Shown: one piece after another, positions 48,033 to 56,985 of the stretch
How the letters are laid out: every line of letters starts with the position of its first letter
Position numbering within the stretch: position 1 is the stretch's first letter
Origin: a virus
Virus record (IMG/VR): IMGVR_UViG_3300044655_001100
Location: 32,187 to 96,186 of that record
Length of the DNA stretch: 64,000 bases
Reading direction: 5' to 3' (one strand)
Notes under the pieces: model-generated
What the model was told of the DNA's origin: nothing
Databases searched by the model: none
What the model saw: the letters and a program-made list of their open reading frames with translations, nothing else
Position numbers and translations under genes: made by a program

Positions 48033-49376
48033 ATGGCGCATGAATATGCAAAAGAAGCTAAGGCTTCTCACGATAAAAAGTTAAAAAGCTACGGGGCGAA
48101 GACATCTTCGAGCGTAGATGGATCTAATGAAGACGGCGATGCTACGAATTTCGCTGGATTCCGTGCTTTAAACACAAATAAACAGGCTGGTATGGCTCCT
48201 TTGAACAAAAAAGGCTCCATGTCAGAGGAAACCAACCCACGCATCATGCGCAAGAAGGGTGGCCGTGTCGCTGGCGCTGATAGTTTGAAGCGTTTGGACA
48301 AGGCTCCTCGTAAAGCTAAGGCAGCTGGTGGTGGTTTGCAGGGTACAGGTCAACGTGTTGGCCCAATTCCTAGTGCTGACACACAGCAAATGGATTTTGA
48401 CCCGACGACACGGGTAAAACCAGGCGAAATGACACCTGGCACAATGCGCAAGAAGGGTGGTCGTGTAGCCAAAGCTTATGGGGGTGGTTTTGAAGATCTC
48501 CTTAGCGGAATTGGCAATGCGCTTTTTGGCGAAGAAGAAGCGGCACCAGCACGTAGGGAAGCTGCTGGTTCTTCTCGTGGTATGGGTCGTCATTCTGCAC
48601 CTCATCCAGTCGTTCGTCGCCGCATTACGGAAGTTGAGCATCCGGTAACTGCTGAAGGTGCAGATATTCCAATGCCAACTCGTCGCCCAGCTGAATTGTC
48701 GGCTCCTGCTGCTGCTCCTGTATCAGATGCAGATGCGACAGCTAACTTTCTTCAGTCGCAGGGTATTGGCGCTCGTCCTGCACCAGCTCCGTCGGCTGAT
48801 TCATCAACGGCAAACCCCTTCTATGCAGAACATCTTTATCGTAAGAATGGTGGCCGTTTAGGCCGTGCATCTGGTGGTAAGTCAGAGCATCCTGATGAAG
48901 CTCAAGATAAAGCCCTCATCCGCAAGATGGTCAAAAAAGAAGACCTAAAGATGAAGGATGGTGGCCGTGCTCATCGTGCTAAGGGTGGCAAAACAACAGT
49001 AAATATACTTATGGGACAACCAAACCAAGGTCAGCCACAAGGACCTAATCCAATGGCTCTTGCAGCAATGCTTGGAGCTATGGATAAAGATGGCGCAGGC
49101 GGTCCTCCTCCAATGGCTCCACCGCCGCCGCAGGGAATGCCTCCACAGGGAGCGCCTATGATGGCTGGCCCACCACCACAGATGCCACCACAGATGCCAC
49201 CACAGGCTGGCCCAGGTGGCCCTCCTATGCCCAGAGCAAGAGGTGGTAGAACATTTGCTGACATCAAAGTAAGCAAGCCTAAAATTAAAGATGGATATCC
49301 TGCGCTTACTGGTGGTTCTGGTGGCGGTAAGGGCCGTCGTGAGAAGATTCTTGCCTATGGCGACGAGCAAAAATAA
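48033..49376 (+). CDS. Basic low-complexity head-associated protein with about 9 GG motifs
   Basis: RKKGGRV x2, RASGG, MKDGG, RAKGG, RARGG; Pro/Met-rich tract. Confidence 0.75.
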   Translation: MAHEYAKEAKASHDKKLKSYGAKTSSSVDGSNEDGDATNFAGFRALNTNKQAGMAPLNKKGSMSEETNPRIMRKKGGRVAGADSLKRLDKAPRKAKAAGGGLQGTGQRVGPIPSADTQQMDFDPTTRVKPGEMTPGTMRKKGGRVAKAYGGGFEDLLSGIGNALFGEEEAAPARREAAGSSRGMGRHSAPHPVVRRRITEVEHPVTAEGADIPMPTRRPAELSAPAAAPVSDADATANFLQSQGIGARPAPAPSADSSTANPFYAEHLYRKNGGRLGRASGGKSEHPDEAQDKALIRKMVKKEDLKMKDGGRAHRAKGGKTTVNILMGQPNQGQPQGPNPMALAAMLGAMDKDGAGGPPPMAPPPPQGMPPQGAPMMAGPPPQMPPQMPPQAGPGGPPMPRARGGRTFADIKVSKPKIKDGYPALTGGSGGGKGRREKILAYGDEQK

Positions 49377-49446
49377 CTACTAAAATTGGTCGGGAACGGC
49401 GGGTTGTTGTGAGCATCCCGCCGCCCCTAAACAAAACCAAGGGAGC

Positions 49447-50121
49447 TTGGCTATGTCTAAATGCGGAATATATCGAATTGTAAATACGAGCAACGGTAAA
49501 TTTTATATTGGTTCTACTGTGGATTTTGAGAAACGCAAGAAAGAGCATTTTCGTCAATTAAAAAATAATGCTCACCACAGTAAAATTTTTCAAAACGCTT
49601 ATAATAAAGAAAATAAAAAAGATTGTTTTATTTTTGAAATTATATTGATTTGTTGTGAAAATATGAATTTATTTTACGAGCAAAAAATTATAAATATTTT
49701 TTTACCTCAATATAATGTTGCTAAAAATTCAACAGCGCCATTAAAGGGTGTTAAAGGAGCTATGCACCCAATGTATGGCCACAATCATACTGAAGATACA
49801 AAAGAAAAAATGAGAAAAAGCGCTAGGCGTGGCAAAGACAATCATATGTTTGGAATGTTTAAAGAAAAACACCCAAAGTTTGGTATTCGCTATACAAACC
49901 CAAAACAATCTGGAGATAAAAACCCAATGTTTGGAATGGGTTATGTTATATCTGGAGAAAAAAATGGAAGGGTAAAATTAAATAAAGAAAAAGTAATAGA
50001 AATTATTAGTTCCGATCAGTCATATTCTAAGTTGTCAAAAGTGTATAATGTTAGTAAGTCTCAAATAGCAAAAATAAAACAGGGAATAGCCTGGAAAAAC
50101 TTACAGAAACAGGCAGTGTAA
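49447..50121 (+). CDS. GIY-YIG homing endonuclease with NUMOD3-like repeats
   Basis: GIYRI.N..NGKFYIGS......R..EH; H.MYG..HTE.TK.KM. Confidence 0.92.
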   Translation: MAMSKCGIYRIVNTSNGKFYIGSTVDFEKRKKEHFRQLKNNAHHSKIFQNAYNKENKKDCFIFEIILICCENMNLFYEQKIINIFLPQYNVAKNSTAPLKGVKGAMHPMYGHNHTEDTKEKMRKSARRGKDNHMFGMFKEKHPKFGIRYTNPKQSGDKNPMFGMGYVISGEKNGRVKLNKEKVIEIISSDQSYSKLSKVYNVSKSQIAKIKQGIAWKNLQKQAV

Positions 50122-50330
50122 TGAATTTAGACTTAAGGCTTTTTTTAGAAATTGAAAAAATATTAACTGAATTACAAGAGCAATTAGCCGCTGAGTTAAT
50201 CCTTGGTAAGGCGCAAAGTTTCGACGACTACCGTTTTCGCGTGGGTCGTATGAAAGGCGTATCAGATGCTCTGAACGCTGCACGAGAGGCCAATAAGCGC
50301 ATTATTGGCGTTGATGAAGAAAGAAGATAG
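50121..50330 (+). CDS. Small head-module protein
   Basis: L..G....FD.Y...VG...G. Confidence 0.65.
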   Translation: MNLDLRLFLEIEKILTELQEQLAAELILGKAQSFDDYRFRVGRMKGVSDALNAAREANKRIIGVDEERR

Positions 50331-50332
50331 CT

Positions 50333-50752
50333 ATGCCAGCTATGGAAATGAATCATGATGATGTTGATCCAAAACAAGCGATTTTGGACAAGGTAGGAAG
50401 TCTGGATGAGGTAGAGGTATTTGGTAGCGATGTGCTTGTCGCTCTTTACATTCCTCCAACAAAAACTCGCTCTGGAATTATTCTTTCGGATACCACAAGG
50501 GACGAGTCAAAGTGGCAAGGTAAGGTAGCTTTAGTCCTAAAGCTTGGGAATACAGCTTACCTTGATGACGAGGGAAATAAATTCCGCGACATCGAACCTG
50601 GCCAATGGGTTGTTTTGAGGCCGTCAGATGGCTGGCCTTTTCAATTAAATACAATGAAGTCCAGAATATCAAAAGATAATGTTGTCGATTGCCGAGTGGT
50701 AACAGACATAAACATTCGTGCCAGGGTGAGCCATCCTGATCTCGTATATTAA
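50333..50752 (+). CDS. GroES-like co-chaperonin
   Basis: VLV......KTRSGIILSD.......G.V..V.KLG..AY......G.WV. Confidence 0.85.
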   Translation: MPAMEMNHDDVDPKQAILDKVGSLDEVEVFGSDVLVALYIPPTKTRSGIILSDTTRDESKWQGKVALVLKLGNTAYLDDEGNKFRDIEPGQWVVLRPSDGWPFQLNTMKSRISKDNVVDCRVVTDINIRARVSHPDLVY

Positions 50753-50764
50753 TGGAGCGCTTCC

Positions 50765-51814
50765 ATGTCTGATGAAGAATTTAAAGAAAAACCCGTAGAA
50801 GTAATTTTACCAGAAGAAACAATTGCGGAAGTAGAATTAGATTCTAGCGAACCAAAAGTTTCTGAAACTAAGGCTCATGTTCAAGAAGTTAGAACAGAGG
50901 AAGAGTCAGTTGTAGAAGCTGAGCGTCCAAAGAAGACTGTTGTTGATGAGCGTGAAAAGGCTCTTAAGGAGCTCAGAGCGCAATATGAACAGCAAAAGAG
51001 AATAGCTGAAGCAGAGCGTGAGGCCAGAAAACAGGCTGAACTGTATGCTAGAGAGCAAGCGCAGCAAGTTTATAATGCGCAAAATCAAGTTCAGGATGGT
51101 AATCTCAAGATTATTCTGAATGCGATTGATGCAACTGAACAAGCCGCTTCAAATGCTGAAAGAGATTATGCGACGGCTATGGCTGCTGGCGATTATGCTA
51201 TGGCGGCTAAAGCTCAGCGTATTATGGCTCAAGCTGAAAGCCATTTGCTACAATTACAGAATGGCAAACAGCGTCTTGAGGAAACATTACAGCAGCCTAC
51301 TGAGGGTTCTGTTCAAGAGCCGGAAATTCCTAGCTTTGAACCAAGAATTCAGCATGATCCTGTTGAAATGTATGCTTCTAAGTTAGCGCCTAAAAGCGCC
51401 CAATGGCTGCGTGAGCATCCAGATGCGGTGAATAAGATTGGCAAGCTAACGAGAGCTCATGCGGATGCTGTTGAGGATGGTATTGCACCAGAATCGGCAG
51501 ATTATTTCCGTTATATTGAAAATCGTCTTGGATATACGACTGAGGTGGATGATTCGGATGATTATGTAGAGGAACAGCCAGTTCGACAAGTTAAACAGGC
51601 TCAATCGCTGAAAAAGCCAGCGGTTTCTGTACCTGTTACATCGTCGGCTAGCGCTGCTACACCACGTAATTCAAATGCAAATTCTATGGTTTTGTCGGCA
51701 GAAGAAGTTGAGTTTGCTCTTTTGGCAGAGCCTCAATTGTCCCGTGAAAAGGCGATTGAATCTTATGCCAGAAACAAGGCAAGCTTGATTAAGGCTGGAA
51801 AACTTAGCGCTTAA
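50765..51814 (+). CDS. Capsid scaffolding protein
   Basis: Acidic N-terminus, long coiled coil, short C-terminal helical domain; upstream of the capsid gene. Confidence 0.7.
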   Translation: MSDEEFKEKPVEVILPEETIAEVELDSSEPKVSETKAHVQEVRTEEESVVEAERPKKTVVDEREKALKELRAQYEQQKRIAEAEREARKQAELYAREQAQQVYNAQNQVQDGNLKIILNAIDATEQAASNAERDYATAMAAGDYAMAAKAQRIMAQAESHLLQLQNGKQRLEETLQQPTEGSVQEPEIPSFEPRIQHDPVEMYASKLAPKSAQWLREHPDAVNKIGKLTRAHADAVEDGIAPESADYFRYIENRLGYTTEVDDSDDYVEEQPVRQVKQAQSLKKPAVSVPVTSSASAATPRNSNANSMVLSAEEVEFALLAEPQLSREKAIESYARNKASLIKAGKLSA

Positions 51815-51825
51815 GGAATCAAACC

Positions 51826-52365
51826 ATGACGACAGATAACCATATTGATGGCCGCACTCGTGAGGGAAAAGCTTTGAAAGCAACTTCAGAAGATGGCTTA
51901 AAAGTAGCAACTAACGATTCAAAGGCTAGAGCGGAAGCTCGTATCAGAGAGATTAGGGGTAATCCTGATCTGGCGAATGGAACGGAGCGTGATAAATACT
52001 GGGCACCTCCTCCACCAGACGGCTGGGATTACCAGTGGAAACTAAAATCAGTTCTTAACCAGGACGATATTGATCGGATTCGTCAGAATGAAATGAACGG
52101 CTGGGAGCCTGTGCCTCTAACACGTCATCCAGAATTAATGCCGAAGGGCTGGAAGGGCGACACTATTGAGGTTGGGGGTCTTGTTCTTATGGAGCGCCCA
52201 ATGATGTTCACGCAAGAGGCTCGTGAAGAAGAGCGTCGTTTGGCTAAGGAAGCAGTTTATACCAAAGAAAGTCAAATGAGAGAGGGCCGTGCTGGCGATC
52301 TGGGGCCGCGAAATGTCAATCGCTTTAGTAAAAGCCATTCACGGATAGATGTCCCATCAGAATAA
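51826..52365 (+). CDS. Head-module protein of unknown function
   Basis: PPDGW.YQW, GWEPV, I..GGLVLMERP. Confidence 0.7.
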   Translation: MTTDNHIDGRTREGKALKATSEDGLKVATNDSKARAEARIREIRGNPDLANGTERDKYWAPPPPDGWDYQWKLKSVLNQDDIDRIRQNEMNGWEPVPLTRHPELMPKGWKGDTIEVGGLVLMERPMMFTQEAREEERRLAKEAVYTKESQMREGRAGDLGPRNVNRFSKSHSRIDVPSE

Positions 52366-52374
52366 ATGAAAGTT

Positions 52375-52402
52375 AGGGGGGGGCTAAACCCTCCCCTTTT
52401 TA
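52375..52402 (+). terminator. Intrinsic terminator
   Basis: AGGGGGGGG-CTAAA-CCCTCCCCT then T run. Confidence 0.75.
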
Positions 52403-52427
52403 TTTACATATTGCCTAATTCCATAAG

Positions 52428-52456
52428 TTGACAAAGTGTCTATAGACTCGTAAAAT
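52428..52456 (+). promoter_or_regulatory. Sigma70 promoter of the capsid operon
   Basis: TTGACA-17-TAAAAT. Confidence 0.8.
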
Positions 52457-52720
52457 GTAATCTGCCAATTTGTATAAATTTATTGGCTTTAAGCCGTTAG
52501 TACATTTTCGTATTGCGGTAGCTGAAATTACCTAGATAACTCGCGCTGAGAAGTCAGGTTTTTGAGGCAATCGCTTTCAGTTTGGCGGAACCCTGCCAAA
52601 CATCGGAACTGGGTTCCGAAATATATCAGCAACCCGCGCTGGATTGCTCCAAAATCTCCCGTCTGTTTCTGCAACACGCAGTTGTGGCTAACGACAATCA
52701 CTCATAATAGGAGGATTGCC

Positions 52721-53350
52721 GTGGCGAATAATTTTGCCCCCTTCGGCTTCCGTCCGGTTTCTACGTCGAACGGCCCAATGAACTGGCGCATTTCGACACG
52801 CCGGATTGACTCTGCAAATGCTACACCTATCTTCAAAGGCGATGCCGTTACCCCGGTTTTACCTGCGAACGGTTACATCACACAGGCATCAAACACCTCA
52901 ACCTTAACTGCGCCAATCGGCGGCGTTTTTTGGGGTTGCCAGTATCTTTCAACATCGCAGAAGCGAGTTGTTTGGAATCAGTATTGGCCAGGTGGTGACG
53001 CCACAGGCGACGTTATCGCATACGTAATTGATGATCCGAATTCTCGGTTTGTTGTTCAGTCCTCTGGTGCTGGCTTCAATATTTCTGGGGATGTTTATAA
53101 TTTCGGTTCATCGCCAGTTGGTCAGTATTGCAATCTGAACGTCGGTGTGGGTAACACGCTCTCTCAGCAGTCGGGCATGTTTGTTGATACAATTGCCACG
53201 ACAAATACCTTCCCGTTCATCATCACCAACATGGTCCTTGATCCCCCAGGATCAAACGGCACAGACCCTACTGCAATCTTTAACTGGGTTGAAGTTGGAT
53301 TCAACAACGAGTGGCTTCGCACGAATAGTGCTGTCACCGGCATCGCTTAA
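52721..53350 (+). CDS. Capsid decoration/cement-like protein
   Basis: AGGAGG RBS, GTG start; N..APFGFRP, IF.GD.V, GVF.GC.Y, V.DDP...F.VQ. Confidence 0.7.
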   Translation: MANNFAPFGFRPVSTSNGPMNWRISTRRIDSANATPIFKGDAVTPVLPANGYITQASNTSTLTAPIGGVFWGCQYLSTSQKRVVWNQYWPGGDATGDVIAYVIDDPNSRFVVQSSGAGFNISGDVYNFGSSPVGQYCNLNVGVGNTLSQQSGMFVDTIATTNTFPFIITNMVLDPPGSNGTDPTAIFNWVEVGFNNEWLRTNSAVTGIA

Positions 53351-53365
53351 TAGGAGCATTAGCAA

Positions 53366-54280
53366 ATGGCAGTTAATCTTTCAGCCATCCGCGACCTGCT
53401 TCTGCCAGGTCTCCGTGGCGTTGAGGGCAAATACCCTCAGATCCCATCACAGTGGGACAAAGTGTTCGAAAAAGCCAAATCAAACATGGCTTTGGAGCGC
53501 ACAGCTGAAATGCGTTACCTCGGTCTTGCAGCAATCAAGACTGAAGGCGGCGCTGTTTCTTTCGATAACAATGCGAGTGAGCGTTACGTCTACAACCAAG
53601 AGCACTATGAAATTGGTTTGGGTTACGCGATCACACGTAAAGCAATCGACGACAACCTCTACAAGACACAGTTTACACCTACGAACCTCGGCCTGATTGA
53701 ATCTTTCGGTCAGACAAAGGAAATCTACGGTGCAAACCTGTTGAACACGGCGCAGACATATAATTCTGCAGTCGGTGGTGACGGTCAGCCTCTCTGTTCG
53801 CTGAGCCATCCTATCGATGGCGGTGTTATTGCTAACACGCCTATTGTTCAGGTTGACCTCAATGAGTCATCATTGCTGAACGCGATGGTTTCGATCCGAC
53901 AGAACTTCAAAGACATCGCTGGTCTGAAGATGTTCGCTCGTGGTCGCAAGCTGATCGTTCCGCCGTCACTTGAGCCTGTTGCTATCCGTCTTACAAAGAC
54001 TGAACTGCGCCCAGGCACAGCAGACAACGACGTCAACGCGATCCATACGACCGCTGGGGGCCTTCCAGAAGGCTACATGGTCATGGACTTCTTGACCTCG
54101 AACTATGCTTGGTTCCTGCTCACCAACATCAAAGGCTTGGTGTACATGGAGAGAGTGCCCTACGAGATGGACCTCCAGGTCGATTTCACTACGGACAACT
54201 TGCTGGTGAAGGGATATGAAAGATATTCTTTCGGATATTATAATTGGCGTTCAATCTTTGGATCGTTTCCAACGCATTAA
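53366..54280 (+). CDS. Major capsid protein (Mu gpT-like, HK97 fold)
   Basis: K.EG..V.FD, LG.AITR..I.DNLY, GGDG..L.S..HP, KLIVPP.L, AWF, ERYSFG...WR..FG. Confidence 0.92.
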   Translation: MAVNLSAIRDLLLPGLRGVEGKYPQIPSQWDKVFEKAKSNMALERTAEMRYLGLAAIKTEGGAVSFDNNASERYVYNQEHYEIGLGYAITRKAIDDNLYKTQFTPTNLGLIESFGQTKEIYGANLLNTAQTYNSAVGGDGQPLCSLSHPIDGGVIANTPIVQVDLNESSLLNAMVSIRQNFKDIAGLKMFARGRKLIVPPSLEPVAIRLTKTELRPGTADNDVNAIHTTAGGLPEGYMVMDFLTSNYAWFLLTNIKGLVYMERVPYEMDLQVDFTTDNLLVKGYERYSFGYYNWRSIFGSFPTH

Positions 54281-54321
54281 CAACAACTTACGGCAATAAT
54301 ATCTGCCGTAATTTACACTAA

Positions 54322-54354
54322 AGGGTAGGGAAAGATTATCAGTCATTCCCTACC
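54322..54354 (+). terminator. Hairpin after the capsid gene
   Basis: GGGTAGGGA...TCCCTACCC; no clear T tail. Confidence 0.45.
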
Positions 54355-54437
54355 CGGTTAGCAAAGGAAAACCTACCTTATTGACAGATACGACAAAAGA
54401 TAATAAATATCTTTAGTCAATCTGACAGGAGGTAGAA

Positions 54438-55175
54438 ATGAAAGTTTCGGAGCTAACGTTTGAGCAATTGAGTGAAGCAGTCGCGTATGATGCAGAAGCC
54501 GGGGTTTTTACTTGGAAGGTATCCCCATCCAAGCAAATTAAAGCCGGAACAGTTATTGGGGGCTGGAAAACAGTTCGTGTAACTACGGGTGAAATAAAGA
54601 AATATCTTTATATTACCTATCTGAATCGTTCGATGATTGCGTCACGAGTAGCGTGGTTGTTGCATTACGGTGTATGGCCCCAAACTGCGGTGCAATTTGT
54701 TGATGGTGACACGACAAATCTTCGGATAAGCAATCTGAAATTGGCGATGTTTCAAACCAACAAAGTGTCCCAGGATGGTCGGACAACTCGGAAAATGTCC
54801 TCTGATGCGCAGCGCCATTATGGCTTAAAGCGTTATTATGGGATGTCTTTGAACGAGTATGCAGAGAAGTATGCTTCCCAAGATGGGAAATGTGCAATCT
54901 GCAACAAGCCAGAAACCACAATGCTTCACGGTAAAATTAAACCTTTATCGGTTGACCACTGCCATAAAACGGAACGTGTAAGAGAGTTGCTTTGTCATTC
55001 GTGCAATCATCTTCTCGGACACGCTTTTGATGACGCAAAAACACTTCTGGCGGCAGCTGCATACATCGAAAAGCACTCTGCCAAAAGTGAAGATCCGGGC
55101 TCCCTAGCCCCATCGACTGGCCCGGCAGACACTGCACGGACGATGGAGCGAAACCTCGTGCAGGAGGAAAGGTAG
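54438..55175 (+). CDS. Homing endonuclease (degenerate HNH plus endonuclease VII domain)
   Basis: YGMS..EY.....QDGKCAIC...LSVDHCH.T..VR.LLC..CN..LG. Confidence 0.88.
   Translation: MKVSELTFEQLSEAVAYDAEAGVFTWKVSPSKQIKAGTVIGGWKTVRVTTGEIKKYLYITYLNRSMIASRVAWLLHYGVWPQTAVQFVDGDTTNLRISNLKLAMFQTNKVSQDGRTTRKMSSDAQRHYGLKRYYGMSLNEYAEKYASQDGKCAICNKPETTMLHGKIKPLSVDHCHKTERVRELLCHSCNHLLGHAFDDAKTLLAAAAYIEKHSAKSEDPGSLAPSTGPADTARTMERNLVQEER
55095..55163 (+). ncRNA. Pseudoknotted RNA element, possibly the Mu-gpT downstream element class
   Basis: Two stems whose loops are complementary (CCATCG/CGATGG). Confidence 0.5.
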
Positions 55176-55183
55176 TAAGTTAA

Positions 55184-55660
55184 ATGGGTTATACAACTTT
55201 CACGGGACCAGTTAGGGCAGGTAATATCCTGAACACAACTGGCACAACGCCTGGAGTTGACGTTGAAAACGTCGGTCAGGTTGTAATGGCGCAGAGCTTT
55301 GCATTTACGGAAAATGGCACTCCGACCACTACAAACATTACATTACCTGCGATTAGTCAGGTTCTCAGCATTAATTGGACGATTTCGACTGCCTTTACCA
55401 ATGCGGTTAGCGTTGGCGGCACTTTGGATGGCACGGTAATTAATGCTACTTATTTTGCTAATGCGACGACGCCAGGACTTGGTGTTAGCATTCTTGCTCC
55501 GACGACTCTTGCTCAATGCGGAAATTGGGCAAGTGCTGGTGTAATTTCTCCAACACAAGCAAGTGACGTTCGGGTTGTCGTTTCAGGCGGCGCTGTTAGC
55601 GGTGCAGGACGCGGTGTTTTGACGGTAACATATCTCCAAGGGCCTAACGGCAACACGTAA
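55184..55660 (+). CDS. Virion structural protein
   Basis: TTFTGPVRAG; LPA.SQ...I; G.G.LTVTY.Q. Confidence 0.7.
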   Translation: MGYTTFTGPVRAGNILNTTGTTPGVDVENVGQVVMAQSFAFTENGTPTTTNITLPAISQVLSINWTISTAFTNAVSVGGTLDGTVINATYFANATTPGLGVSILAPTTLAQCGNWASAGVISPTQASDVRVVVSGGAVSGAGRGVLTVTYLQGPNGNT

Positions 55661-55675
55661 TAAAGGATTAGGAAA

Positions 55676-56068
55676 ATGAAGGGCAGAATTGCACGAGCTT
55701 CAGGCGGTAAGACTGAAGAAGGCGTTAAAGTAACTGACTCCGACAAGGGCGCTTCTTGGTATTCTGGTGATACCAGCAACGTCAAGAAAGAGGCTGAGCA
55801 GCCAACAGGCTTTAAGAAAGGCGGCAAGGTTTCCAACTTCGGACGCGGTAAGATGTCCGAGGGCATGGATAAGTTTGAAGCCATGAAAGCAAAGAAAGTC
55901 GCTAAAAAAGACGGCGGCTGCGCTATGGGCGACAAGAGCAAAGATCGTCTTGATCGTGCGAAGAGAGCTTCTGGCGGCGCTATTTCTGGCTCACGCAATC
56001 CTTTTGCGATGGCTGAGAAAACGTCAGAAAGACCAGGTTTCAAGGGCATGAAAGACATTAACGACTAA
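55676..56068 (+). CDS. Small basic protein with four GG motifs
   Basis: RASGG, FKKGGKV, KKDGG, RASGGAI. Confidence 0.7.
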   Translation: MKGRIARASGGKTEEGVKVTDSDKGASWYSGDTSNVKKEAEQPTGFKKGGKVSNFGRGKMSEGMDKFEAMKAKKVAKKDGGCAMGDKSKDRLDRAKRASGGAISGSRNPFAMAEKTSERPGFKGMKDIND

Positions 56069-56075
56069 TATTGAG

Positions 56076-56095
56076 AGGCCGCTTCGGCGGCCTTT
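56076..56095 (+). terminator. UUCG-loop hairpin/terminator
   Basis: AGGCCGC-TTCG-GCGGCCT-TT. Confidence 0.7.
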
Positions 56096-56114
56096 CCTCC
56101 TTCTGGAGATTTGA

Positions 56115-56315
56115 ATGTCTGACAAGAATTGGATCAAGGGAGCTATAAAGCACGAAGGCTCTCTTCATCGAGCACTTGGCGTTCCTAAAGGCGATACCAT
56201 ACCCAAAGGTAAGATTGAGAAAGCTTCTCATTCGGACAATCCATCTTTGGCTAAAAAAGCAAATTTAGCGAAGACTTTAGCTAAGCTGCATAAACGACAC
56301 GGCGGAGATTGCTAA
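56115..56315 (+). CDS. Small basic virion-region protein
   Basis: NWIKGAIK..G.L...LGV......IP; ends RHGGDC. Confidence 0.7.
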   Translation: MSDKNWIKGAIKHEGSLHRALGVPKGDTIPKGKIEKASHSDNPSLAKKANLAKTLAKLHKRHGGDC

Positions 56316-56316
56316 C

Positions 56317-56679
56317 ATGCGCCCGATGGTTGCTTTCACAGAAAACGCTGCAGGTCTTGGCGTTCAGATTACTGAATGGCTTATGTGTGATTCTTGGTGC
56401 CCAGGGCCAGTTTCTGTCCAAGTTTCAGTATACAACGCTCCTGGTGCGCCAGTTGAATACACGGTTCAGCAGACGCTGGACGATCCCAATGATCCTGCAA
56501 GCTTTGTTCCTATTTCTGCTGTTACTTGGTTTAACTGCGGAGACGTAAATCTCGTTAACAGCACTGTTCCTGCGCAGACATATTATGCGGCTGCTCCGCG
56601 TTATATTCGTCTTGTTCAGACAAACGGAACGGGTATCGCTCAAATTACAATTTCGCAAAACGGCTCCATTGCTTACTAA
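56317..56679 (+). CDS. Virion structural protein
   Basis: YTVQ.T.DDP, W, IRL. Confidence 0.65.
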   Translation: MRPMVAFTENAAGLGVQITEWLMCDSWCPGPVSVQVSVYNAPGAPVEYTVQQTLDDPNDPASFVPISAVTWFNCGDVNLVNSTVPAQTYYAAAPRYIRLVQTNGTGIAQITISQNGSIAY

Positions 56680-56691
56680 GGAGATAATCTA

Positions 56692-56961
56692 ATGGCTTCT
56701 AGTTATCGTCCTTGGGGACCAAGCACTGGCCCAGGAAGCTTTAACGGATTCATGCCGAATTATAATGCGTTTCAAGCGCAGCAGATTGGCGTGAACCCTG
56801 GATACGGATACACATCAACGCTTGGCCCGAATAATACACCCAACCCTGGCCCACCAGCTGCGAATATTGAGGGGATTCTTTTAGAGCCCAGCGCCAATGA
56901 ATTCATTGCTCTTGAGACATCTTTGGGTGGACCAGCAGACGTTCTCATTCAGCAGCCGTAA
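56692..56961 (+). CDS. Hypothetical virion protein
   Basis: AAGGAG RBS. Confidence 0.55.
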   Translation: MASSYRPWGPSTGPGSFNGFMPNYNAFQAQQIGVNPGYGYTSTLGPNNTPNPGPPAANIEGILLEPSANEFIALETSLGGPADVLIQQP

Positions 56962-56985
56962 TCGAATTTAATTAGGAAAATTAAA

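Noticed and set aside
52562-52720. N-terminal extension of the decoration protein
   Set aside because: Strong AGGAGG before GTG 52721; upstream DNA is a structured leader
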